From a virus, in IMG/VR virus record IMGVR_UViG_3300045684_000050, positions 1 through 64,000 of that record: 64,000 bases of DNA. One strand, 5' to 3'. Shown here piece after piece: positions 43,001 to 52,923 of the stretch; position 1 is the stretch's first letter, and every line of letters starts with the position of its first letter. The notes beneath the pieces are model-generated. The model was not told the DNA's origin, made no database searches, and was given only the letters and a program-made list of their open reading frames with translations. Position numbers and translations under genes: made by a program.

Positions 43001-46000
43001 GCATCAATCAATGACTTGACCTGGCTAAATTGCTCTCTATATTTCGCTAACCCTTCACTTGTCGTCTGTGCATTAAGATGTGCTTCTATATTTGATAATG
43101 ACTTCTGTAAAACTTGTAATGCATTCTCTCTATTTAAAAATAAATCAGTCAATGCCTTTACACTATCATTTGAAATAATGAAATCTTCTGGCAATGCACT
43201 CTTTAAAAATTTACCTGTATGAAGTTTCTTGAATTCATTCCTTAATGTATTCCTTAAAGTACTATCAATTTTCCCAAGCCTTGTTGTAAACTCAGCAACT
43301 ACTTTATTCGCATATTGATTATCAATATATTTTACAATATCAAGATTATCTTTAAAAAAAGCACCGATATCATCGATATAATCTAACTCTAATAAAAAGT
43401 TCTTTACAGCATCTAACGCTGCATCAGCACTAATTTGTGGATCTTCAAAAATTACACCTATGGTTCCTTTTACTTCTTCCTTATTCTTAATATTAAGTTT
43501 TGAGAAAAATGGATTATTATCAATATTAGTGTCTGTCCTAGAAGTACGTTTTTCTCCAAACAGCTTCAACATTCTGTCAACTAATTCTCTCTGATCCTGA
43601 CTTAAATTGTTAAGTCTCGATGCAGCATTAATTATTTCTTGATTAGATAACAGGTCTTTAGTCTCAGAATCAGCATTTTTTGCAACTTCACCTGATATGA
43701 ATTTAGAGAACTCCGCTAACGTCATACCATCTTTATCCATAGTAACTTTCTCAGCTTCTTTAAAATCAACACCACTCATTCTATTACTAATATTGATAAA
43801 CTCTTTACCCATAGTAGCACTCTCTAAATTCCTGGCCGCATGGCCAATAGCAGGAAAAGCACTGGTGACTTGAGTGATCTCAGCTCTGGTAATATTTATT
43901 TCTTCTTGAATTCCATCAACTTCTACTCCAAATGGAGCAGCAGATAAAGCTAATTGCTTATTTAATAAATGGTCTAATGTAAGAACATATATATCTAAAT
44001 CTCTTAAATCAAAATCTCCTCTCCTAAAGGCTTTTAATTCATTGACAAAATTACTTAAAGAAGCTTGATCATTACCGATACCAACTAACATTGAATCTAC
44101 TGCAGCAAATAATTCCTCAGTAGTCCTCCTATAAGATTGAATATCATTAAGGTCATCTAACTGTGCATCACGCAACTCTGGACCTAACTTAGTGAAAAGT
44201 CTACGCATGGTCCTATTAACTTCTGGATCAGATACAAAGTCAGCAGATCTCTGAATAGACGATTTTGCACTCTCCCGGGTATATGCCTGTCTTACAAATT
44301 CTTCCTTGATCCCTCTTCTATCAAATTCAGGCTTAAATGCTTCATAGAAAACATCGAATGTAGCTTCATCTTTAAAACGATCTACTCTCTCATTCAAATA
44401 GTCTTGTTGCTCCTTTAATAACCCTCGATCCCTAAGAGATCCTTCGAATTGCTTTATGTAAAACTTCCCATTAGCATCCTTTCTAAGTATATCAGCAAAA
44501 AATGATGTATTACCAATCCTAACTACATACCTACCTCCATCAACTTGATATATATGCCTTACGTTTCCAGATGCATATTCTCTCTCTCCTTGGAAATTCT
44601 TAATCCATATAGTTACTTTATCTCCAACCTTAAAATGCCTATTCCTATTGAACCTGGCAAAGAATGGTTGCGTTTGTCTATTAAAAAGATCAGCACCCCC
44701 TCTATAGTCTTCAATCCTAAAAACTTCGCCCTTGCTAAAAGAATCAGCAATACCATTAACAACATTGATTAAGTCATTAATCGTATCTACCTCTATATCA
44801 ACATCTCTGCCTATCAACTCATTAAACCAAGCTTTTATACCATCTATTATCTGTTGAGTTTTAGGTTTTGATATCCTTCCAGAGACTGTAGATAACAATC
44901 CGACTAACTCAGCAAAAAATTCATTGGCCCGGACAATATCTAATGGCCTATTACCTTGAGCCTTTGTATATTGAGATACAAAGGTCTCTACCTTCAATGC
45001 TAAATCTTTCTCGAAAGCATTACCATTGTTCAGTACACTACTAATGATGTTATGTAATTCTACAATTCTATCTGAACTAGATAAAAATGTCTTTACAGCA
45101 ATAGCATGTACAGCTTCGTGTACTACATCCTTTGAAGTTGATACTTCTGAATTTATATATATGGTATCAGTTATAGGATCATAAACTCCTTTGACATTAA
45201 CACCATACTTACTATGTAATCCTATAGTATTCGAAACAACAAATTTCGTCCCAGGACTTACCTTAGACAAAACTATCTTAGCTTTACTTATTGCATCCTG
45301 AATATCTGTTCCTACACTGACAGATACTTCTTCTACATTAACACTATCAAGATCAGTATCACTCATGGAGATGACGGTACCATCAGCAGCCTTCAAAATA
45401 TAATTCCTTACTCCATTGTCATACTCAATACCATCTACAGTAAATATCCCTTCATATCCAATCTCTCTTAATTCATAAACATCACCTACATTTAGCAATG
45501 CATCTGGGTCTTGAACATTTAACTCAGAAACTAGCTTTTTATATTGTGAAGCTAAAGGCACATTATTGCTTACCGCCAATTCCAATACGTCACGCATGAA
45601 CTCATCGACACCTGCAAAACCATCGTTAGGCTTCCTATTCAATACATGCATATAATATGCATTAACAATAGAATCAGGACTCGTTATTCCATAGTTCTTT
45701 TGTATATCTCTCATCTCCTCTCTAGTGAAAGGATATAACTCCATAGCATCAAACTTTCCGCTTTCAGGAAATGCAACAGCATTGGCCAACATCAACGCAC
45801 CCTTTGTTTTATTAAATTCGCTAGGGAATAGATCATAGTAATCCGCTGCCAATCTAGCAACATTCCCATCAACATTCATCGACAAGTAATACTGATAAGG
45901 GTTTGCTACTGCATCTGGAAGATCCATCTGCTCAATAGCGTCCAAGGTATAATTGCTATCAGTGATGTTCTCAACACCTGCTTGGGAATACCTATTTGAT

Positions 46001-49000
46001 AAATCTCCAAAACTGATATCATTGTTTAAGAAGTCAGCAGCATAAGCATCCCATACCTTAGTTATATCTGCCTTTAATAACCCTCCTTCCAAAAGATCAG
46101 AAATATTATCTAGGATTTCATTCTTTTTCGTTGAATTTGGTAATAAATTTCCACTAACCAAAGACACATATGCCCTGTAAACATTTGTATTTGTATTTCT
46201 TATAAAATCTGACGGGTTCTCTACACCTAAACTACTCAATGCCCTTCGCATGGCACCTTTAAAAATATCAGTCAACCTCTTATCTATACCAGACTTTAAT
46301 GTGTTAACAGCAGAGTTATATTGAACCGGGTTAATCCCGTTCTCCATTATCTCTGCATCAATATTTTCATTTATCTCACCTAAAGCAATATCTACAGCTA
46401 CTTGATTGATAGAGTCATTAAGACTATAAAAAATATCATTATCATTACTGAAGCCTTTTTCAATTAAAGTTTTCAATACATTGATATCCGCTGCATCTTT
46501 CGATGGGTCCAAACTATCAACAAATAAATTAGTCTTCCCTGTAAGTATATCTGCCTTACCTAAACTCTGCCCAAACATATCAGCTCCTGAATTGTCTTCA
46601 GCAGATTTATTGAAACTCTTGACATAATCCTTAAAGGCTCTCTCTCCACGAGTAATATAATAGGCAGCTAAAATACTATTTGTAGTATATCCGGATCCAG
46701 AAAATAATGACAACTGATTTACTAACCCAGCAATACCACTTAACCCTTTTGATCCATTAGTATAATCATTTAATAATCGAATAGCTCCATTGATATCATC
46801 AATAATACTAAAACCTTTTAATCCTGAATTAACAAGCAAATCGGCACCTGCATAAGAAATAGCATTGAAGACAGACTTTAATCCATCTTTTCTTGCTAAC
46901 GAAAGCAGATCGTTATCAATGGTAGCAGACATTATCGTTACCTTTAATAGATCCTTTCCTAGATCAGTAAGTCTTGTTGATTTACCTTCTGTAGCAAAAT
47001 ATAAAGGAGCCTCATTGTTATTGATTATCTCTGACTTTAATAATATCTTTTTGAATTCATTGACATTAGAAGTCACAGCATAGTACTCACTAAGCACATC
47101 ATATTCTGACACACTTTGTGCAATTGATGATATTATCTTAGCTGAAAGCTGACTCTTTATTCTTTGTGATTTCTCCTCTATAGATTCACTTTTTATAGCA
47201 CTTGCATTGAATTTATGGAATTGAGCCTTTGTATATGCCGCTTCATCTGTCAACTCTCTAACAAGGACAGGAGTATCAAAAGCTTCCATCGCAGCATCAA
47301 ATTCCTTCTTATTGAATCCTAATCCTTCCGAATAATCAGGTAAGGCAGAAACATACAATCCATCAGTTCCATTAGTAGCTGCTAATTTTCTGGACATGGT
47401 TCTATTGTTACCACTAATAACAATACCATCTCCGGTAACTACAATAGGTTCATCTAATGCTCTCTCATCAAACCTGGATGCAAAAGTAACTACAGCAGCC
47501 TTAGCATCTTCGTTACTCTCATAGTTCCTTGAATTTACGGTGGTGCCATCTTCATTCGTAGGAAACCCTTCTGTCTGGCCGAATGTGTTTTCATCATGTG
47601 ATGCAAATATATTAGATGCATCTACTAATACATATTTAGCATTTAATCTCTCACCACTAGGTAATATTATTGGTCTTGATTTACCTTCTACTTTCCGAGC
47701 ATTAGTATAACTACCAATTACCGCTTCGCTCGCCTGACCTGTAGTTCCATCATCTGGAATATCTTCGCGTCCGTACTCTTCAAAATCTTGATCATCTTGT
47801 AATTCTTCTTCAATTTCAAATTCAGGATAGTTCTCAATGATATATGGAGACTTCTTTAACTCAGTAAATAACCCAGCAACAAATATATCCTTTGAGCTGT
47901 TATTAAAAGCTCTTAACATTCCAGCCTTTAAGTCTACTGAACTGATATTGCTACCATCAACAAACACTTCATTGCCAACTACAGTAACAGGATCATTAGT
48001 ATAATCTACATTGCCTGCCAAGGACATGAAAGGTTCTGCATCAACAGATGACCTTACTATCCTTACTCCTTGAGCTCTTAACCTATTCTCTACCTCTACA
48101 TCTGTACCTTCAGGAACAATAGCTACTCCAAAAGCTCCTACAGATACTGGATGATTTAAATTAGTCTGTGATACACCTTCTGGATAATCCCTCACCTGGG
48201 AAACAAAATTGTCAACTAGCTCTTTTAATTCTGGATCCACCAAAGCACCTTCATCACCAGTCCTAAAGTATTCATTTATTGAATTCAATACAGCATTGGT
48301 AGCATCAGAATTTTGCCTCAAATATAATTGCTTGCCTTGATTTACTATATTCATCATACTACCCTTGGCATCTTCCAATAGTGTGCCTACATATTTAGGA
48401 TTACTGCTCTCTGATTTATTGACAGCTATATCCCTAACACTGGTAAACTGAGAATTGTCATTTTCAAAAACTCCTACACTACCTGCAGCATTCTTCGCAG
48501 CATTGATGAAGTGTTTCGTTATCCTCTCAATAGGATTGCCTGAGAACTCTATGACACCTGTCTCCTCAAAAGGAACAAATACATTCTCTGCATTGATATT
48601 GTTATTTGATAGATTCAATGCATCCTGAGTGCCAACAAGAACTATCTGTCCTGATGAGCCGGCCACATTATCTGTCAATGATATCGAAGTTATAGAATCA
48701 TCACCTGTAATGTCTTTAGCATCTAATTTAGCTATTACACTTAATCCCTGTGGATTCCTGGAAAATAAAGCATTTTGACCTTCAGGTGCCTTTTCTTTTC
48801 CCTGTAATACATTAGCTACTTCAGAAACATAATCTCCATTATTAGAATACACATTTACCTTTATACTTCCTCTTAAAATAAAAGGAATATATGGTTCTAC
48901 CTGAGCATATAATTCAGGATGATTCTTTTTCCAATTCTTTATAGTAGCTGCATCAACTTCTAAGCTTACATCATCTATCTCCTCAGAGATATCGATACTT

Positions 49001-52000
49001 GTAGTATTGAAGATTACAGATTTCTTTTTAGAAAGATTAGTGTTATCTACTCTTTTAGCTTCTACCTCATTCTCTATACGTCTTGACTCGGCTGCACTAA
49101 GGATGGCTCCGTTCCTACCTGTGCTGGGGTTGTACCTGCGATACCTTCCTGCATCAACGTCCCATCGGTAGTTTTTTCCTCCATTGCTGGTGTAGAACTC
49201 GGGTTTGCCACCTGATTCGTTATTTCTGTCTTCAGGTCTTGTGCTTCTTGTCGGAGTTTGCTGTTCTGTGCCCCTTCTTGTGTTGGGCTGTCCGGAACTG
49301 CGGATACCACGGATGGTCCGGGCCTTACCTCCTTCTGTGAATCCAGAGACGACGCCTTGTTCTGCTTTCTGAACTCCATCAACCTGCGGAGAATTGGCAT
49401 CTGCTTCTCTTGTGATAGCTTGTTCAGCCTTTGTAATAAGCTGCTCTGATTGCTCGAGCTGCTCAAGATCGGATTGGATATTAGGATCATTGTTTAATAA
49501 GTCTTTTTGAATTAAAAATGCGATGTCATTAGCTTCCTTTCCTGTAAATTCTACTTCTTCAGTATTGATAGCTGCATCATTACCATATTCACCTGTAAGT
49601 GTACTCTTTTGTAATACTACAGATGTAACATTTCCTTGATCATCATATGTGATAGCATCTACTATGTCCGGAGCAGTATACTTCTCTCCATTAATATTAA
49701 AACTACCATCACTTGTAATATTAATAGCAGTAACAGGAGATACTCCTAGTTCAGATAAACTTACATCTACCTGATCATTAATGTTACCTAATTCCCTAAT
49801 AGTATTGTTCTGTTCAACTTCTAACCTACCACCTTCAGTAAGCCTTAATATCGCAGGCTGTCCGTCAGTAGTAAGGACTTCTACCTCTTTATCACCTTTA
49901 AGATCCTGATTGTCTAAATCGAAAGCATTATAAACACTATCATCTGGGATCCTGGTAAATTTCTTTCTCTTTCTTATTTCTTCATCCTGAAGATTCTCGT
50001 CAACTGGAGGAACAACAGTTCTTGCATTAGTATCTGCTATCTGACCAAAATCATAAATATCCCTAAGTTTATTTACAAATTTCTGAGAAGTAGTATTATT
50101 AAAGTTCTCTATAATAGCTGCTGATTGTTCAGGACTTGCACCTTGGAATAACCTACTATTGGTTATATCATCTTCTGTAAGCTCACCAATTTCAGCTAAG
50201 TATTCTAATTTGCGAATCTCCTTCCCTGCATCATAAGTAACATCTTGAGTAGTAGGATTTCCTTCTCCATCCACATCAATTACTTGCACTTTACCTTCAG
50301 CTGCTTTCTCTTCTTTTATATAATCAGTAAGAACCTTATCTGTATTAGTCATTGGCCTTAGTGGCTCATCTGGGTTGTCAATGACTTCTTCAGGATCCTC
50401 GTCTATCAAGTTCTCTTTTGCAGCTTGAGCCCTTAGATCATTAGCCGTAACTTTTGGTGGTATTGGAGGTGCCTTAATATCTTCCTCTGCCCGGGACTGT
50501 GAAGTATCAACAACATTTTCTTTAACTACCTCGGCATTAGCAAATATAGCATCTACTCTCTTATCAAATAAACCCTTGACATCTTTGCCTCTTACTGTCT
50601 GACTTGTTTCCCTATAAACAATATCTTCTAATTCTGCCTGTTGAGATTTAGTTAAATTGACGTTTGTTTCTTTCTGTTTTTCACTGATATAGTTAAGCCT
50701 ATTCTTGGCCTGAACTACCATCTCAGCTTTTTTTATAGCTTCTTCTTCTGTGATCTGGCCGTCAGCAATCATTTGTCCTAATGTCTCTGAAAACCTCTCA
50801 TAGTTATGAGCAGCCTGGACTACCATCTTCCCATATTCATTCTTTAATGTATTGTAGTTTGATACTGCAGCTATAGGTGCAGTAGCTAATGGTGTAGTTA
50901 CCAATGTTGTAACAAAATCATTAATTGTCACATTACTCTCAGCACCAAACAAACTATTAGCCATGGCTTGACTATACAATACCGATATCTCCTCCGCTTC
51001 CTCTCCTACAATTTCCTTTTTTATACCCTTAAATAAACTTTTATTGAAATTAAATTCTAATGGAGACTTAATAGCATCTTCAGCAGCTCTCTTCCCTGCA
51101 TTTTTAAATGCTGTGCCTCTCGCTGCATTGATAACACCTTTCTCAAATCCACCTATCAATGTACCTCCAGATTCAATACCTGCAGTTATTGATCCATATA
51201 AAGCAGCTTTTCCTGCATCTCCACTCCTTGCTAATTCCTCTTGATAAGCAGTACCATACGTCTGAACAAATAATGTGCCTACCAATCCGGCTCCCCCTGT
51301 AGCAGCACCAGCAGCCAACATAGGAGCCATCTGAACTACAGTATTAAATGTATTGTATGCAGCAGACTTAACTTGACTGGCACCAATACTCAACTCAGGA
51401 GTATAAGACCCTTTGTTTATATTATATTTATCAACAGCAGCCTTTTCTTCATCTGTCATGTTAACAGCAGTCTTCCCATCTGGCCTTATTATCCTAGTAA
51501 ATTCTCCACTATCATCAACCGCTACAACATGACCATCTATGTTGACAGTCTTTTCCCATAAAGGAGCAGAATAATCACTCCTTACCGTCGTTTCTTCTAA
51601 TTTCTTGACCTGCTTTAAAAAGTCTTGATTTGACAACTGATTAAAAAGTCTTTTCTTAGCCGGCCCAAAACCAGGTTCCTTATTCGCTGCTTCCAGCAAC
51701 TCTTTATTAGGATCTCCAGACACTAAACTTGGTAATGATTCCCAAAAATCAAGATATGATTGCTTTAGACTATTCCTTACCGTGCCAACAACACTAGGCT
51801 TTTGACTCGGCATTAAGTTCTGAATTGGATTCAATAAGCTAGGAATATCACTAATATTAAATAAGGATTGATCCTCATCCCTATCTGCCTGAATATCTTG
51901 TTGTGCTGCACCTACAGCTTCATCGACTCGATCTCCTTCCTCTACACCTTTAGTTCCGAAACCAGAAGTTACACTAAATCCCTTTCTTATCTCTTTACTT

Positions 52001-52920
52001 TGTTCGCTAGAATTTCTTAATTGTTCCATGAACCTTTCCATCCCATCACTAAATCCATCAAGATCAGCAATGCCACTATTCGTTACATCTTCATTAGTCT
52101 TAGCTTGTAATATCTTATTTGCTACTTCTCTCTCCTTCCCGTTAAGTTGTTCAGCACTATATTGTAGCTGCATATTCATCATATCAGAATAATCCTCAAG
52201 GTAATTCTTAGACTGAAAATATATCTCTTTGCTATCATTATCAGTAACCAAATTTCTCTTTTGGTTTTCTAACTTCTCCTTTGTCTTATAATAAGCATCG
52301 GCAACACTAATCACAGGAAGATTTGCTCCTCTGACAATGGCAGCATGTTCATCCTGCTTCTTGTTTAAGTTTTCTCTCCTTGACCTTACTCCTTTCTCTA
52401 TATTCTCATCCTGAGAACCTAGAGTTACAAATGGATTCCTACTCTGAGTAGCCAACTCTGTCTTTTTTCTTGCTACTTCATTAGCGATATCAGCTTCTTC
52501 TGAATCCCTCTTTATAGGTGATGCTTCTTCTTCTGACTTTATCTTTCGATGCTGATCTACAAGATTGTCAACATCTGGATCCGCAAATGTGATTCCTTTT
52601 ACCGTATACTTATTAGGTATTTTTACACCTAACTCTCTAGCTATACTCTCTACCATATAGATCGATGGAGTATCACCCTCTTTTTCTTTTAATATTCCTG
52701 CAATAAAAGAACCAGGATCATTAATATTATTCTTATATACCCTGGATACCGCACCTGTAGTTATCTCTTGACCTTGATCTTCAAGATATCCTTTTATATA
52801 TCTGATAAACCCTCTACTTACTTCTGCAGTTAACTTAGGTGATGCTTCTGGAGGAGTATCATTACCTTCTAAATCTTGAACGGTTGTCTGTGCTGCTTCT
52901 TGTAATTCTTCTTCTTCCAT
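40051..52920 (-). CDS. Giant polyvalent virion/ejection protein (4289 aa) with a DdrB-like ParB domain and a zincin HExxH metallopeptidase domain
   Basis: YVLVDASNIFASH...SRNY...EPIVVTGDGIVISGNNRTMS (about 47300-47650); GVYDPITDTIYIN...VVHEAVH...EFFAE (about 44900-45200); Gly/Ala-rich hydrophobic segments near both ends. Confidence 0.75.
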   Translation of the reverse strand: MEEEELQEAAQTTVQDLEGNDTPPEASPKLTAEVSRGFIRYIKGYLEDQGQEITTGAVSRVYKNNINDPGSFIAGILKEKEGDTPSIYMVESIARELGVKIPNKYTVKGITFADPDVDNLVDQHRKIKSEEEASPIKRDSEEADIANEVARKKTELATQSRNPFVTLGSQDENIEKGVRSRRENLNKKQDEHAAIVRGANLPVISVADAYYKTKEKLENQKRNLVTDNDSKEIYFQSKNYLEDYSDMMNMQLQYSAEQLNGKEREVANKILQAKTNEDVTNSGIADLDGFSDGMERFMEQLRNSSEQSKEIRKGFSVTSGFGTKGVEEGDRVDEAVGAAQQDIQADRDEDQSLFNISDIPSLLNPIQNLMPSQKPSVVGTVRNSLKQSYLDFWESLPSLVSGDPNKELLEAANKEPGFGPAKKRLFNQLSNQDFLKQVKKLEETTVRSDYSAPLWEKTVNIDGHVVAVDDSGEFTRIIRPDGKTAVNMTDEEKAAVDKYNINKGSYTPELSIGASQVKSAAYNTFNTVVQMAPMLAAGAATGGAGLVGTLFVQTYGTAYQEELARSGDAGKAALYGSITAGIESGGTLIGGFEKGVINAARGTAFKNAGKRAAEDAIKSPLEFNFNKSLFKGIKKEIVGEEAEEISVLYSQAMANSLFGAESNVTINDFVTTLVTTPLATAPIAAVSNYNTLKNEYGKMVVQAAHNYERFSETLGQMIADGQITEEEAIKKAEMVVQAKNRLNYISEKQKETNVNLTKSQQAELEDIVYRETSQTVRGKDVKGLFDKRVDAIFANAEVVKENVVDTSQSRAEEDIKAPPIPPKVTANDLRAQAAKENLIDEDPEEVIDNPDEPLRPMTNTDKVLTDYIKEEKAAEGKVQVIDVDGEGNPTTQDVTYDAGKEIRKLEYLAEIGELTEDDITNSRLFQGASPEQSAAIIENFNNTTSQKFVNKLRDIYDFGQIADTNARTVVPPVDENLQDEEIRKRKKFTRIPDDSVYNAFDLDNQDLKGDKEVEVLTTDGQPAILRLTEGGRLEVEQNNTIRELGNINDQVDVSLSELGVSPVTAINITSDGSFNINGEKYTAPDIVDAITYDDQGNVTSVVLQKSTLTGEYGNDAAINTEEVEFTGKEANDIAFLIQKDLLNNDPNIQSDLEQLEQSEQLITKAEQAITREADANSPQVDGVQKAEQGVVSGFTEGGKARTIRGIRSSGQPNTRRGTEQQTPTRSTRPEDRNNESGGKPEFYTSNGGKNYRWDVDAGRYRRYNPSTGRNGAILSAAESRRIENEVEAKRVDNTNLSKKKSVIFNTTSIDISEEIDDVSLEVDAATIKNWKKNHPELYAQVEPYIPFILRGSIKVNVYSNNGDYVSEVANVLQGKEKAPEGQNALFSRNPQGLSVIAKLDAKDITGDDSITSISLTDNVAGSSGQIVLVGTQDALNLSNNNINAENVFVPFEETGVIEFSGNPIERITKHFINAAKNAAGSVGVFENDNSQFTSVRDIAVNKSESSNPKYVGTLLEDAKGSMMNIVNQGKQLYLRQNSDATNAVLNSINEYFRTGDEGALVDPELKELVDNFVSQVRDYPEGVSQTNLNHPVSVGAFGVAIVPEGTDVEVENRLRAQGVRIVRSSVDAEPFMSLAGNVDYTNDPVTVVGNEVFVDGSNISSVDLKAGMLRAFNNSSKDIFVAGLFTELKKSPYIIENYPEFEIEEELQDDQDFEEYGREDIPDDGTTGQASEAVIGSYTNARKVEGKSRPIILPSGERLNAKYVLVDASNIFASHDENTFGQTEGFPTNEDGTTVNSRNYESNEDAKAAVVTFASRFDERALDEPIVVTGDGIVISGNNRTMSRKLAATNGTDGLYVSALPDYSEGLGFNKKEFDAAMEAFDTPVLVRELTDEAAYTKAQFHKFNASAIKSESIEEKSQRIKSQLSAKIISSIAQSVSEYDVLSEYYAVTSNVNEFKKILLKSEIINNNEAPLYFATEGKSTRLTDLGKDLLKVTIMSATIDNDLLSLARKDGLKSVFNAISYAGADLLVNSGLKGFSIIDDINGAIRLLNDYTNGSKGLSGIAGLVNQLSLFSGSGYTTNSILAAYYITRGERAFKDYVKSFNKSAEDNSGADMFGQSLGKADILTGKTNLFVDSLDPSKDAADINVLKTLIEKGFSNDNDIFYSLNDSINQVAVDIALGEINENIDAEIMENGINPVQYNSAVNTLKSGIDKRLTDIFKGAMRRALSSLGVENPSDFIRNTNTNVYRAYVSLVSGNLLPNSTKKNEILDNISDLLEGGLLKADITKVWDAYAADFLNNDISFGDLSNRYSQAGVENITDSNYTLDAIEQMDLPDAVANPYQYYLSMNVDGNVARLAADYYDLFPSEFNKTKGALMLANAVAFPESGKFDAMELYPFTREEMRDIQKNYGITSPDSIVNAYYMHVLNRKPNDGFAGVDEFMRDVLELAVSNNVPLASQYKKLVSELNVQDPDALLNVGDVYELREIGYEGIFTVDGIEYDNGVRNYILKAADGTVISMSDTDLDSVNVEEVSVSVGTDIQDAISKAKIVLSKVSPGTKFVVSNTIGLHSKYGVNVKGVYDPITDTIYINSEVSTSKDVVHEAVHAIAVKTFLSSSDRIVELHNIISSVLNNGNAFEKDLALKVETFVSQYTKAQGNRPLDIVRANEFFAELVGLLSTVSGRISKPKTQQIIDGIKAWFNELIGRDVDIEVDTINDLINVVNGIADSFSKGEVFRIEDYRGGADLFNRQTQPFFARFNRNRHFKVGDKVTIWIKNFQGEREYASGNVRHIYQVDGGRYVVRIGNTSFFADILRKDANGKFYIKQFEGSLRDRGLLKEQQDYLNERVDRFKDEATFDVFYEAFKPEFDRRGIKEEFVRQAYTRESAKSSIQRSADFVSDPEVNRTMRRLFTKLGPELRDAQLDDLNDIQSYRRTTEELFAAVDSMLVGIGNDQASLSNFVNELKAFRRGDFDLRDLDIYVLTLDHLLNKQLALSAAPFGVEVDGIQEEINITRAEITQVTSAFPAIGHAARNLESATMGKEFINISNRMSGVDFKEAEKVTMDKDGMTLAEFSKFISGEVAKNADSETKDLLSNQEIINAASRLNNLSQDQRELVDRMLKLFGEKRTSRTDTNIDNNPFFSKLNIKNKEEVKGTIGVIFEDPQISADAALDAVKNFLLELDYIDDIGAFFKDNLDIVKYIDNQYANKVVAEFTTRLGKIDSTLRNTLRNEFKKLHTGKFLKSALPEDFIISNDSVKALTDLFLNRENALQVLQKSLSNIEAHLNAQTTSEGLAKYREQFSQVKSLIDALSLDQNFVNASRSKIMSAITYGISKLSPEQLKAAGIDIPYGTKPQNYSNIAMGAIMRKSVKQGNLSVRMLTDSLIRDMDLSVADATALAEVLNGTYHKVIGEKRIKLVNRLLKSSVRSNRQRATIEERMRDIIRIGDMTDAGIVARFAEKFGLRELTEEEVERAADLTKIIEEDVNPRNREAASRELHTIMREAKESKQQRYMKILTGVRFINLLSGQNTVLKAVAASGILVLVEAAFVALPQLALRGQIGNFLKYQKNNKELFRATATKLFFDAFKRGAPGVSYEEIPDQGYSSIDVILNHGMDLIFGQRGPDAKTRKELISNHLQKFSGKTKLGKAESILNGLFGTAIFLPGIMVRSLQAIDVFLNTFAVEPLTFIEAHDQVMKKYDYDFKRGNAEFFNEMETALGVGGEYTKDLNDKINAIIKEDPNLSKGELATIKKSLVLENREKAYQASVDKLGKDNVAARSVRKEAHDRALTTSVLNSQVNGLFSGGIAYALTATTRGANKGSTVAAIADQLLRITFAPIVRTVGNGIYLGYNWSPLALIQAGLTEFTNIDRLSFDISSGKVLINNVSLEDLKRVPGFSFSSLWRKNDEAGLLIKDNRKSKADRESFRIRAGVGTGMALGLIAMAFDWEEDEDGNLKPVKNKYWWDMVSITSEGYRDYTTNRNRLGNDFRENTISIGGFHLNWTETPLSAPLGMIGVIGDKIDTGQEVSPGIVAQTFAMGALKHIYGEGFEIGIDAAIDMVDSYTAIKQADGNILRAENDNEKRRYQNDKEFAKNRLASKMGGLLNAQTFSSFYRQGFTQYKEFAGTPRQNLYGEDFNETFMNAFLRNVPLFEKDDDSRHDILGNEIPTTFDTYFFPDAFADRMGQYMNEAEKNPAYKIIHGKDIDSYELYKYRSQAQLKVNTSDYYLETAAKRDAQKIWSDIFNEYVSEDIKSLERIKDPEERQEEVFRLARKVKNDSRYLDFLRANRVAKKKK

Positions 52921-52923
52921 TAT

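Noticed and set aside
49074-49490. 138-aa alternative-frame ORF inside the giant gene
   Set aside because: It falls in a locally GC-richer disordered linker where stops are rare; there is no independent leader or motif.
40051-52920. Virion RNA polymerase call for the giant ORF
   Set aside because: No catalytic DxDxD-type motif in a plausible context was seen; it cannot be excluded without a structure search.
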